A stretch of 64,000 bases of DNA from Clostridia bacterium (GCA_017463765.1 JAFTON010000002.1:206-64205); one strand, 5' to 3'; shown: positions 28,709 through 38,376, counted from the first letter of the stretch. Made by a program: numbers and translations. The notes: generated by a model not told the origin, from the sequence alone.

Positions 28709-30292
28709 TTAGTTCAAGGAATCGCCGTTATTGTTAACTAGAGAATAAATATCAAGTTCCCCCGCAAGGTAAAGAGACATATCACTTTCAACAAGGTAGA
28801 TAATTCCGTCACCGTCAACGTAGCTCCCCGCATCGGTTATGTAGGTAATCTGACTTGTGGATTGTATGCCCGGTCCCGGAGTGGGAAGTAAAACTTCTCC
28901 TATATTCACTCTTTCGCCACAATGAATACAAAGCCTAAAAAAGCCATTGCCTACAGCAGGAACAACATGGTAACTTGTTCCCATATACCATCCGCACTCG
29001 CAATAAATGCGATGGGTTGTAGTGTCTTTTCGTGCGTAATGGTGATCGTAATGTTCTTCTATTTCTCCCGTCCAACCACAAGAGCAAGTACCCCTATGAC
29101 CGTTTGAATTAATAGTAAACTCAACATAAGAGTGACCAACTGTTGCCTTGTAATTACAACCTACACATCTCTCAAAGTGATTCATTGCTCCTATGCCAGA
29201 ATATCTCAAATTATGAGGAGCGCTCTCTATAGTATTACCGCAAATGCACTCACCAAAATGGCTCACGCTATCATATGAATCGTAATGAAAATGAGTGTGT
29301 GAAGCATGGCTTTCGTAATATACATTACATGCACATACATACGAGTTTGTTGCTGAATCGTAATAATTATTCGAACAATTATGAGGTAATAAGTCCTCAT
29401 TTATTTCCAACCATATTGCAATATTTACATATTGATATTCAGTATCTTCTACCGTTGTGTAAGGATTGTTTAATTCACTTGCAGGACTTCCATTGTATCC
29501 CTTATGAAGAAAAATTGTCCTATCTTCATAGTTTTGCTCATCCGATGTATCATATGCCAGCATTACATGTCCTTGTTTTATCTTTAACAAATCATCAAGA
29601 GAATTAATTCCATTATCTAAGTTAATCGTAAATCCACGATAAATAACAGGGAAACCTTTGGAAATTTGTTCTATTACTGCTTGATTTACTTCAGATTGAG
29701 TTGCTCCAAATATACATTCTGCCTTATAGCAAACCTGAATCTGTTCTTCCGTAAATCCACGAACATTATAAAGATATGATTTCAAAAAGTTAATAACCTC
29801 TTGTGGCGATAAACCATACCCGTTTTCTTCTATATTAGAATGATAACCAGCAAATCTACCCAAAGAAATCAAATATGGTTGTAAAAATTCACTTTGATTT
29901 GCAAGTTCGTAATCTATAAAGTCGGAATCTGGATGAGTTATTTTCCAATCTATCCACGACTGATACTCGGAAGATGCAGAAAACGTTCTTGATAATGTTT
30001 CTGTTGAAGAATCAAAGATTCCGCTATCCCAATCAAGATCTTCAACAATAAAATCATCATCCCAATAAGAATCGTAAAACGACAAAAGCATGCTCATCGC
30101 AACATAAGGACAACTACCGATTACGTTGGGTGGAACGTATGCTCCAGACAAAGAGTTTAAGTTGGAAAAATGATCTTTCACACAGGTTGCCGGTTCTGTT
30201 TCGTCAGCACTAACAAGTAACGAAAATATTCCCGAAAACATAAATACAAGAGATAAAAGAGCGGCTGTTAATTTTATTGTTGTCTTTTTCAT
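28709..30292 (-). CDS. secreted papain-fold (C39/C10-like) cysteine peptidase candidate with C-terminal His/Cys module array
   Basis: Signal peptide. GSCPYVAMSMLLSFYD (candidate Cys nucleophile) and QGHVMLAYD (candidate His). Then five ~27-aa H...H..CxCG modules. Confidence 0.6.
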   Translation of the reverse strand: MKKTTIKLTAALLSLVFMFSGIFSLLVSADETEPATCVKDHFSNLNSLSGAYVPPNVIGSCPYVAMSMLLSFYDSYWDDDFIVEDLDWDSGIFDSSTETLSRTFSASSEYQSWIDWKITHPDSDFIDYELANQSEFLQPYLISLGRFAGYHSNIEENGYGLSPQEVINFLKSYLYNVRGFTEEQIQVCYKAECIFGATQSEVNQAVIEQISKGFPVIYRGFTINLDNGINSLDDLLKIKQGHVMLAYDTSDEQNYEDRTIFLHKGYNGSPASELNNPYTTVEDTEYQYVNIAIWLEINEDLLPHNCSNNYYDSATNSYVCACNVYYESHASHTHFHYDSYDSVSHFGECICGNTIESAPHNLRYSGIGAMNHFERCVGCNYKATVGHSYVEFTINSNGHRGTCSCGWTGEIEEHYDHHYARKDTTTHRIYCECGWYMGTSYHVVPAVGNGFFRLCIHCGERVNIGEVLLPTPGPGIQSTSQITYITDAGSYVDGDGIIYLVESDMSLYLAGELDIYSLVNNNGDSLN

Positions 30293-30521
30293 TTTAAGTT
30301 CTCCTTCGTTTTAATTTTCTTAATTATAATTTTGTTTTCATTCTTAATAACCCATTGGCGTAATCCTCCCTTTTTAAATTTGTCTGTATATATTACTCTG
30401 TTTTTATATTTTTTCTTCAATTATTTCAAAAACGTTTATTTTCAACCCAAGTTTTTTAAAATTATATCGTTAACTTCGTTTATAATAGTCCATTGGTGTA
30501 ATACCCTCGTTAATTAGTTGT

Positions 30522-30938
30522 TCATTTCTTTGCTTCAATTTCATCCGTAATTACATCTGCTTCACCACCGGAACCGTAAATTGTATATTCAACCTGCACC
30601 CTGTATGTACCCGAAGAAACAGAAATAGAGTGACTATTTGAATAATACACACCAGATGCGTAATCAGTCCAATAAGCGCCGTCTACATCCTGCCAGAAGA
30701 ATAGCAAAAACTTTTTTTGAATTTTGGTGGTAATTACTGCATTGGTTGTGATTCCATCATATCCATTGTACGAAATGGTAGCATATGCAACACCATCTAT
30801 GATTACAAACACCGTATTAGTAGATGCAGTATTATTAGCATAAGTAGAAATGCCTGGTTCGTCCAAAGCAAAAACAGTGGTGCTAACACAACTAAAAATC
30901 ACGATAAAACAAATAAAATTAATAAACATTTTTTTCAT
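30522..30938 (-). CDS. small secreted protein, unknown function
   Basis: 138 aa. Signal peptide ending VFA-LDE. Mature part is beta-rich, Tyr/Thr-rich. Confidence 0.55.
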   Translation of the reverse strand: MKKMFINFICFIVIFSCVSTTVFALDEPGISTYANNTASTNTVFVIIDGVAYATISYNGYDGITTNAVITTKIQKKFLLFFWQDVDGAYWTDYASGVYYSNSHSISVSSGTYRVQVEYTIYGSGGEADVITDEIEAKK

Positions 30939-31068
30939 ATTTTTATACCTCCTTATATATTAATACGGAAAAAGTATATCAAAAGGGTTCAACTTTTTTG
31001 AAAAATATTGACTTTTTTAGAAATTTTTTTTATAATTAATAAAAATTACTATAAAAATAGGTTTATTT

Positions 31069-31611
31069 ATGATTTCATTAATATTACTCACCCTCGAAAC
31101 AGAAGAAAAACGTTCAAAATTTGAAACGATATATAACGAATACCATAAAAGAATGATGAGTATCGCTTTCGGAATAACAAAGGATCAATATGACGCTGAA
31201 GAAGCTATGAACATTGCACTTTTTGCTATAGCCGAAAACATTGATAAAGTTCAAGTCGATAACCCACATATGTTAAAATCCTATCTATATAAGGTGGTTA
31301 AAAATGCGGCAATCGATTTAGTGCGAGATAAAAAAAGTGACCCTGTAATTTTATATCCGGACTACAGCTTTGTTACTCTGGAAAGTGAAGAAATAATCGA
31401 TTCTTTAATTGATAACGAACAGTACGCCAGAATTGTCAATAGGATTCAAAATATGCCGGATATATATCGCGACGTTTTGGTTTTACGATTTTTACACAAT
31501 TTTTCGGTTAACGAAATTGCATCAATGCTTCGAAGAAAAAGAAGCACGATTAAAACTCAGATAAAAAGAGGAATTAAGATGCTGAGAACCGAGCTTGAGG
31601 AGAGAAAATAA
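31069..31611 (+). CDS. sigma-70 family (ECF-like) RNA polymerase sigma factor
   Basis: 180 aa. Region 2 (YLYKVVKNAAIDLVR) and region 4 HTH (FSVNEIASMLRRKRSTIKTQIKRG). TTGACT-17-TATAAT promoter at 31008-31036. Confidence 0.8.
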   Translation: MISLILLTLETEEKRSKFETIYNEYHKRMMSIAFGITKDQYDAEEAMNIALFAIAENIDKVQVDNPHMLKSYLYKVVKNAAIDLVRDKKSDPVILYPDYSFVTLESEEIIDSLIDNEQYARIVNRIQNMPDIYRDVLVLRFLHNFSVNEIASMLRRKRSTIKTQIKRGIKMLRTELEERK

Positions 31612-31612
31612 A

Positions 31613-32284
31613 ATGACAGAGTCTCAGGTTAAAGTAATAAAAAAAGCCCTGCTTGACGTAGAGCTTATAGAAATTAAAAATTTAGAAAAATACCCCACTA
31701 TCGACTTTGAGCTTTCTGCAAAATACAGCAAACAGGTAAATGAACTCATAAGGCTTGAACAAAAACGAGAAAGCTCATTTTTAAAATTAACCGTTAGAAA
31801 GAAGGTAACTCTGCTTGTAGCTTCAGTATTGATTCTTTTATTCGTGCTGACAGCCTGCCTTTTCGGAGGACAAATCAAAGAGTTTGTTATTGAAATTTAT
31901 GACTCAATGACCCGATTGTTCTCTCCTTCCGACGATTCATTATCCGACTTTACCGAATATGATTTTTCATATATTCCCGACAAATATGCTTTGGTCGACG
32001 AAACTAAATGTCCCGGTTATTTCAGTAAAAATTACAGCAACGGATTGCATACATTGATAATCACTCAGAATATTGCATCGGGAAACAGTATACAAATAGA
32101 TACCGAAGATGCCTCGTATGATACAATAAACATTGATGATCGTACACTTCACCGTGTGAAAAAGAATAATACCTATACAATTGTTTGGAAAAACGAAACA
32201 AATGCTTTTTCTTTATCCTGCCACGATTCTCTGCCGTGGGAAGAAATTGAAAAAATCATCTTAAATGCCGTTCCAAAAGAATAA
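31613..32284 (+). CDS. anti-sigma factor candidate (single TM, DUF4367-like extracytoplasmic domain)
   Basis: ATG at 31613, 2 nt after the sigma stop. TM helix VTLLVASVLILLFVLTACLF. Confidence 0.65.
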   Translation: MTESQVKVIKKALLDVELIEIKNLEKYPTIDFELSAKYSKQVNELIRLEQKRESSFLKLTVRKKVTLLVASVLILLFVLTACLFGGQIKEFVIEIYDSMTRLFSPSDDSLSDFTEYDFSYIPDKYALVDETKCPGYFSKNYSNGLHTLIITQNIASGNSIQIDTEDASYDTINIDDRTLHRVKKNNTYTIVWKNETNAFSLSCHDSLPWEEIEKIILNAVPKE

Positions 32285-32362
32285 TACAAAAAGCACCTAT
32301 GTCCCGAAGGGGTCACATAGGTGCTTTATTTCGAGAAGGGAGAACCCTCCTACGAAGGATTT

Positions 32363-35300
32363 TTATACCTTTTCTACAGAGATTACAACCTTCTCACCGT
32401 TGATATTCCACTCCTTAGAGTGAGTGAGGGTTGTGCCGATAGTAAGCTCGACAGCAAGGGTTTCATCCTTGATTTCCTCGGCGTTTCTCGATGCGATCTC
32501 GGCGATAACGTCATTACCACTGAAGGCGATACGAATGTTATCCATAACCTCAAAGCCGGAGTCCTTACGCATTGTCTGAATCTTGGAGATAATCTCACGC
32601 ACGTTACCCTCCTCGATAAGCTCGGGAGTGAGGTTCTTGTCGATTACCACGGTAACACCTCTGTCACCCAGGCTCTCATAGCCCTCCTTCTTTGTCATCT
32701 CGATAAGAAGGTCTTCTTCTGCGAGGACTATTTCATCACCGTTTACGGTGAACCTGATGCATCCGTTAGCCTTAAGCTCGGCATATGCTGCGTTACCGTC
32801 AATCTCAGCAAGGGTGGTTCTGATACCACCGAGATACTTACCGTACTTGGGTCCGACGGTACGAAGCTGGGGCTTGAAGTTATAGGTAGTAAACTCGGAT
32901 ACGTTATCGGTGAATATGACCTCCTTAACGTTAAGCTCCTCGGAAATAACCGAGATAAAGCTCTCGTCGGGAGTCTTTTCTGCCTTAACGTACATCTTTG
33001 CCACAGGCTGACGGTTCTTGATGGCAGCTGCGTTACGGCATGCACGTCCGAGAACAACAATGTCGATAACCTCGTCCATATTCTCCTCAAGATCCTTATC
33101 AATAAGGCTCTCGTCTACCTCGGGATAGTCACAAAGGTGGATAGAGATAGGAGCGCTCTTATCAACCGAGCAAACAAGATTACGATAGATATCCTCTGTC
33201 ATGAAGGGGATCATGGGAGCTGCAGTCTTTGCAATAGTAACAAGCGCTGTGTAAAGGGTGAGATATGCATTTACCTTATCGGTGGGCATATCCTTTACCC
33301 AGAAGCGCTCACGGCTGCGACGAACGTACCAGTTGGAAAGCTCGTCAACAAAGCCCTCAAGAGCTCTGGAAGCCTCGGGAAGCTTATAGTTAGCAAGACA
33401 GCTGTCAACCGTCTTTACGGTGGAATTAAGCTTCGAGAGCAGCCACTTATCCATTACCGAAAGGGTGGATCTGTCAAGGCTGTACTTAGTGGGATCAAAG
33501 CCGTCGATATTAGCATAGAGAACGTAGAATGCATAGGTGTTCCAGAGAGTACCCATAAGCTTTCTCTGTCCCTCTACAACTGCATCACCGAAGAAACGGT
33601 TAGGCAGCCAGGGCGCAGAGTTTGAGTAGAAGTACCAACGGATAGCGTCTGCTCCGTATGCCTCAAGCGCCTCGAAGGGATCGACAGCATTGCCCTTTGA
33701 CTTAGACATCTTCTGACCCTCTTTATCAAGCACGTGACCCAGAACGAGAACGTTCTTATAGGGGGCTTTATCAAAGATAAGGGTAGAGATCGCCATCAGG
33801 GAATAGAACCAACCACGTGTCTGGTCAACACCCTCGGAGATGAAGTCTGCAGGGAACTGACTCTCGAACACTTCCTTGTTTTCAAAGGGATAGTGCCACT
33901 GCGCGAAGGGCATTGAGCCCGAGTCAAACCAGCAGTCGATAACCTCGCTTACACGCTTCATCTCTCCACCACACTTCTCACACTTGATGGTAACGGCATC
34001 GATGAAGGGACGGTGAAGCTCGATATTTTCGGGACAGTTGGAGCTCATAGCCTTAAGCTCCTCGATAGAGCCGATAGCGTGCTTATGGCCACACTCACAC
34101 TCCCAGATGTTAAGGGGAGTACCCCAATATCTGTTACGGGACAGACCCCAGTCCTGAACGTTCTGAAGCCAGTCGCCGAAGCGTCCCTTACCGATATTCT
34201 CGGGAATCCAGTTTACGGTGTTGTTATTCTTTATAAGGTTGTCACGCACCTTTGTCATCTCGATGAACCAGGTATCGCGTGCATAATAGATAAGAGGAGT
34301 ATTACATCTCCAGCAGTGAGGATAGTCGTGCTCGAACTTAGGCGCAGAGAAGAGCTTGCCCTCCTTTTCAAGATCTGCAAGGATCACAGGGTCTGCCTTC
34401 TTAACGAAGAGACCTGCATAAGGTGTTTCCTTAGTCATCTCGCCTTTACCGTCAACAAACTGAACGAAGGGGAGACCGTAACGGCGACCAACCTTGTTAT
34501 CGTCCTCACCGAAGGCGGGAGCGATGTGTACGATACCGGTACCGTCGGACATGGTAACATAGTTATCGGCAGTGATATAGTGAGCCTTTTTGCCCTGCTT
34601 TTCAGCACATTCTTTTGTGCAATCCCAAAGCGCCTCATAGCCTCTGCCCTCAAGCTCGATACCCTTCATTTCTTCGAGTATCTCATAGGCAGCTACGCCC
34701 TCCTCACGCTTGATAGAGCCAAGAACAGAATCGAGCAGAGCCTTCGCCATATAGTAGGTGTAACCGTCAGCAGCCTTAACCTTACAGTAGGTATCGGAGG
34801 GGTTAACGCAGAGAGCAACGTTTGAAGGAAGAGTCCAGGGAGTGGTTGTCCATGCAAGGAAATATGCGTCCTCGTCTACGCACTTAAAGCGAACAACTGC
34901 AGATCTTTCCTTAACAGCCTTATAGCCCTGCGCAACCTCGTGTGAGGAGAGAGGTGTACCACATCTGGGGCAATAAGGAACAATCTTAAAGCCCTTATAG
35001 AGCAGACCCTTATCCCAGATCTTCTTAAGCGCCCACCACTCCGACTCAATAAAGTCGTTGGTATAGGTAACGTAGGGGTTATCCATATCAGCCCAGAAGC
35101 CAACAGTGCCCGAGAAGTCCTCCCACATACCCTTGTAGGTCCATACCGACTCCTTACAGTGCGCGATAAAGGGCTCAAGGCCGTATGCCTCGATCTGATC
35201 CTTGCCATCAATGCCAAGCTTCTTCTCAACCTCAAGCTCAACAGGAAGGCCGTGTGTATCCCAGCCTGCCTTACGAAGAACACGTCTGCCTTTCATGGTA

Positions 35301-35521
35301 TGGTATCTGGGAATCATATCCTTGATTACTCTGGTAAGAACGTGGCCGATATGAGGCTTGCCGTTCGCAGTAGGGGGACCGTCGAAGAAGGTGTAGTTTT
35401 CTCCACCCTCGCGCATCTCGATAGACTTCTCAAAAACGCCGTTATCCTCCCAGAATTTTCTGGTCTGTTTTTCTCTTTCAACGAAATTCAGGTTCGTTGA
35501 CACCTTCTCATAGATTTCCAT
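32363..35521 (-). CDS. ileS: isoleucine--tRNA ligase
   Basis: 1052 aa. HIGH motif (PHIGHV), KMSKS motif and Zn-binding CPRCG/CWRC. Confidence 0.95.
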   Translation of the reverse strand: MEIYEKVSTNLNFVEREKQTRKFWEDNGVFEKSIEMREGGENYTFFDGPPTANGKPHIGHVLTRVIKDMIPRYHTMKGRRVLRKAGWDTHGLPVELEVEKKLGIDGKDQIEAYGLEPFIAHCKESVWTYKGMWEDFSGTVGFWADMDNPYVTYTNDFIESEWWALKKIWDKGLLYKGFKIVPYCPRCGTPLSSHEVAQGYKAVKERSAVVRFKCVDEDAYFLAWTTTPWTLPSNVALCVNPSDTYCKVKAADGYTYYMAKALLDSVLGSIKREEGVAAYEILEEMKGIELEGRGYEALWDCTKECAEKQGKKAHYITADNYVTMSDGTGIVHIAPAFGEDDNKVGRRYGLPFVQFVDGKGEMTKETPYAGLFVKKADPVILADLEKEGKLFSAPKFEHDYPHCWRCNTPLIYYARDTWFIEMTKVRDNLIKNNNTVNWIPENIGKGRFGDWLQNVQDWGLSRNRYWGTPLNIWECECGHKHAIGSIEELKAMSSNCPENIELHRPFIDAVTIKCEKCGGEMKRVSEVIDCWFDSGSMPFAQWHYPFENKEVFESQFPADFISEGVDQTRGWFYSLMAISTLIFDKAPYKNVLVLGHVLDKEGQKMSKSKGNAVDPFEALEAYGADAIRWYFYSNSAPWLPNRFFGDAVVEGQRKLMGTLWNTYAFYVLYANIDGFDPTKYSLDRSTLSVMDKWLLSKLNSTVKTVDSCLANYKLPEASRALEGFVDELSNWYVRRSRERFWVKDMPTDKVNAYLTLYTALVTIAKTAAPMIPFMTEDIYRNLVCSVDKSAPISIHLCDYPEVDESLIDKDLEENMDEVIDIVVLGRACRNAAAIKNRQPVAKMYVKAEKTPDESFISVISEELNVKEVIFTDNVSEFTTYNFKPQLRTVGPKYGKYLGGIRTTLAEIDGNAAYAELKANGCIRFTVNGDEIVLAEEDLLIEMTKKEGYESLGDRGVTVVIDKNLTPELIEEGNVREIISKIQTMRKDSGFEVMDNIRIAFSGNDVIAEIASRNAEEIKDETLAVELTIGTTLTHSKEWNINGEKVVISVEKV

Positions 35522-35577
35522 AATGTATCTCCAATATAATTAATTTTTTAGTCAAGGCTCCCTTGTGTAAAGGGAGG

Positions 35578-35840
35578 CTAAAAAGAAAAGCCCCGACGGT
35601 CAAAAAACCATCGGGGCGCAAAAAGCACGGTACCACCCGAAATTACGAAGCAACACTTCGCATCTCATTACGCCTTAACGCAGCATACGGCGAGGCTTAC
35701 TTAGTTTCAGCCACGCAACTCGGGAGTGATTTTCACAAAACCGACAGCAAAATCCTGCCATCAGTAAAGGGTTACTTACCTACGGCTCGCACCAAACGCC
35801 GTTTCTCTGCGCGCTTTTACCCTCGCTACTGTCTCCGTCA
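35578..35840 (-). promoter_or_regulatory. T-box leader (Ile specifier AUC) of ileS
   Basis: Minus strand shows AGTA...GAAA-ATC-A in the specifier loop (ATC at 35728-35730), the T-box TTTCGGGTGGTACCGTG, and then the terminator GCCCCGATGG-loop-CCGTCGGGGC TTTT. Confidence 0.85.
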
Positions 35841-35846
35841 CAGTTA

Positions 35847-35875
35847 TTACCTCATTATTATAGATTATTATTTTT
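35847..35875 (-). promoter_or_regulatory. consensus sigma-A promoter of the ileS leader
   Basis: Minus strand TTGACA-17 nt-TATAAT. Confidence 0.65.
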
Positions 35876-35902
35876 AAAATGTCAATACCCGACTAAACTT
35901 TT

Positions 35903-36112
35903 TTATTTACCTTTTTTATGATATTCCTCAAAAAGATCGTTTGGGGTACATTCAAGAATATCGCACAGAGCCTCAAGATTATCAAACTTTATTCCACTGG
36001 TCTCGTTGTTGATTATCTTATTGAAGTTCTGATAGCTAAGTCCAAGCTGAATATATAACCAATATTTCGTCTTTCCCTTTTCCTCAAGAATTTCCTTTAT
36101 CCTCAGCTTCAT
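35903..36112 (-). CDS. small XRE/Cro-type HTH transcriptional regulator
   Basis: 69 aa. KGKTKYWLYIQLGLSYQNFNKIINNET HTH. Confidence 0.8.
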   Translation of the reverse strand: MKLRIKEILEEKGKTKYWLYIQLGLSYQNFNKIINNETSGIKFDNLEALCDILECTPNDLFEEYHKKGK

Positions 36113-36132
36113 TAAACTTCCTCCACTATCTT

Positions 36133-36215
36133 ATGTACACATTACATACTTTTTTAATCATTATATAATATTAACCTCTTGACAAATAGACATTCGCATT
36201 ATATAATGTATACAT
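36133..36215. promoter_or_regulatory. divergent control region with two ATGTAYACAT boxes
   Basis: ATGTACACAT at 36133-36142 and palindromic ATGTATACAT at 36206-36215. The second overlaps the end of the -10 of TTGACA-17-TATAAT (36179-36207), which faces the surface-protein gene. Confidence 0.45.
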
Positions 36216-36255
36216 TAGATACCTTCAAAAAGAAGGTATACTTAAGGAGGACGAA

Positions 36256-38286
36256 ATGAAAAGAAAATTAGCGTTATTCATCACACTTGCGCTTGCGGCA
36301 TTGCTTCTGCTTACAGCCTGCAGCGGCGCAAAATTCGGTCTGCACAAGGTGACCTTTGATGCCGACGGCGGCGAGCTCGGATTCTTCGAGGGCAGCGCGC
36401 TTGTTCAGACCTACGGAATGGTAGATCTTCCCATACCCACAAAGGAGGGCTACGTATTTGAAGGCTGGTTTATCGGCGAGGGCGTAAACGAGGATCAGTT
36501 TACCGCAACCTCAATGGTAACAAGCGATATTACACTTAAGGCTAAGTGGAGAAAGGCGGAGTATACCGTAACATTCCTTGACCACTATGACAACGTTATC
36601 GCACGCGAAACCGTAAGTCACGGTGAAGCGGCAAATGCTCCTTCTGTTCCTCGTATAAGCGAGGAGCGTCTTAGATTTGATGCTTGGGATACCGATATTT
36701 CGGCTGTAAAGTCCGACCTTACCGTAAAGGCGCTTTATGTAATTGATGCTTACAAGATCACTTACGTTACAAACAACAGCCAGACAATTCCCGACACCTC
36801 TTATTTCTTCGATGAAACACCCGTAGCACCCGCCGAACCCGGTCTTGGTGGTCACTACTTCATCGGTTGGTATCTTGACGAGGCGTTTACAACCGAATAT
36901 CATTTTGATGCTCCTCTTACCGAGGATATTACTCTCTACGCATACTTTAACGAAAGTATTCCTATCGAAACTCTTGATGACCTTCTTGCGATCCCCGAGC
37001 ACTCCAACAACAAGTACTTCATCAAGAATGACATTGACTGTGAGGGTGCAGTTATTACCACATCGATCGTAGGCTTTACGGGCATGCTCGACGGTGAAGG
37101 ACATACTATCTCTAACTTCGTTTATCAGCCTGCCCAAGCCGAAAACGTCGGTCTCTTCGCAACAAACGGCGGAACTATCAAAAACCTTAACTTTAAGGAT
37201 TTCTCCTACACACTCGCTCATTTACATATTAGTTCAAACGTTGGCTTCCTTGTAGGAAACAATACGGGAACTATTGAGAATGTTCATATTACCAATGCAT
37301 CAACCTCATTTGACCACTATGCATACTCCAGAGAATCTCACATTGCATATTATGGTAGTATTTCAGGAAATAACAGTGGAAATATAATTAATTGCTCAAT
37401 CGCAGATAGTTCTATGTATTTTGATGTTCATGCCGAATCGTGGTATTCAGATTATCCCGAGTCGTATATTTACGGAGGCTCTCTTGTAGGAATTAATAAA
37501 GGAACCGTCAATAATTCCACATCCGAAATTAAAGCTACCACAAACATCACAAAAAATATAGTTCACGGTGGCTGGCCGTACTCCCGAATATATCTCGGTG
37601 GTCTTATTTCCATAAATGATAACGTTGTTAAAGAATGCAAGTCAACTCTCGAAGTAACTTCAACTGCCGGAGGAGATGGTAACAAGGGAGTATGCATCGG
37701 AGGATTTGTTGCTTACAACAATTCCGAAATTGAAAGCTGTTCTTCCACAGTAAATGCAAAAATTGACGCCAACCATAATAGTAGTGGAACCTCTGCATCA
37801 GGTTTTGCTTATGAGAATAAAGGAACTATTAAAAACTCTCACGCAAAGGCAGAAATCGAAAATGCATCCTCCAGTTCTATCTTCGGTGGCTTTGCTGCAT
37901 ACAACTATGGTGGAATTGTTAACTGCTACACTTACGGCAATATGAACGTTGGTGCAGCAACAGCTGGCAAGGGCGGATTTGCAGGATATAACAATGGCAG
38001 CATTAATTCCTGCTTTGCAGATGTAAACATCACTGCTACCGATGCCACACTGTACGGTCCCTTCGTTGGTAGTGCAGATACCGCATCATACATCACAAAC
38101 TGCTACTATAATAATAAGTCCACCTTTATTACAAACGGCGAGCCTCAGGTATTCGATGTTACACACGCAGAAGCAACCGATCCTCTTAACCTTACTGATA
38201 AGGACTTTATCATAGGTACTCTCGGTTGGAGCGAGGATGTTTGGGAATTCGATCCCAACAAGTTCAACCATCCCACACTTAAATAA
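36256..38286 (+). CDS. surface lipoprotein with InlB-B (Listeria-Bacteroides) repeats and GLUG-like repeats
   Basis: Lipobox LLTACS. VTFDADGGEL...GYVFEGWF type repeats x4, then repeated GG(F/L)(V/I/A) motifs. Confidence 0.75.
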   Translation: MKRKLALFITLALAALLLLTACSGAKFGLHKVTFDADGGELGFFEGSALVQTYGMVDLPIPTKEGYVFEGWFIGEGVNEDQFTATSMVTSDITLKAKWRKAEYTVTFLDHYDNVIARETVSHGEAANAPSVPRISEERLRFDAWDTDISAVKSDLTVKALYVIDAYKITYVTNNSQTIPDTSYFFDETPVAPAEPGLGGHYFIGWYLDEAFTTEYHFDAPLTEDITLYAYFNESIPIETLDDLLAIPEHSNNKYFIKNDIDCEGAVITTSIVGFTGMLDGEGHTISNFVYQPAQAENVGLFATNGGTIKNLNFKDFSYTLAHLHISSNVGFLVGNNTGTIENVHITNASTSFDHYAYSRESHIAYYGSISGNNSGNIINCSIADSSMYFDVHAESWYSDYPESYIYGGSLVGINKGTVNNSTSEIKATTNITKNIVHGGWPYSRIYLGGLISINDNVVKECKSTLEVTSTAGGDGNKGVCIGGFVAYNNSEIESCSSTVNAKIDANHNSSGTSASGFAYENKGTIKNSHAKAEIENASSSSIFGGFAAYNYGGIVNCYTYGNMNVGAATAGKGGFAGYNNGSINSCFADVNITATDATLYGPFVGSADTASYITNCYYNNKSTFITNGEPQVFDVTHAEATDPLNLTDKDFIIGTLGWSEDVWEFDPNKFNHPTLK

Positions 38287-38376
38287 AAATTTCAAATGCC
38301 GTCTGTAAAACAGGCGGCATTTTCTTGACAAAAAGGATTATCAATGCTATACTTTAAGAAAAAACGGAGGTGGCGT

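Noticed and set aside
30939-31000. ECF-type promoter (GAAC ... CGTA) upstream of the 138-aa secreted-protein gene.
   Set aside because: TGAACC and CGTATT are present on the minus strand, but they are separated by about 19 nt, which is longer than the 16-17 nt typical of ECF promoters. It is therefore not called.
32321-33625. Very long ORFs antisense to real genes. Examples: 434 aa opposite ileS; 52764..53891 (375 aa) opposite the citrate synthase-like gene; 40722..41654 opposite scfB; 263..1024 opposite the kinase-like gene; 12333..13964 opposite the lyase; 36511..37221 opposite the surface protein.
   Set aside because: Each lies fully inside a well-supported gene on the other strand and has a low-complexity, Leu/Val/Ser/Gly-heavy composition with no motifs. 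The pattern fits shadow ORFs produced by codon bias, since sense codons whose complements are stop codons appear to be rare here.
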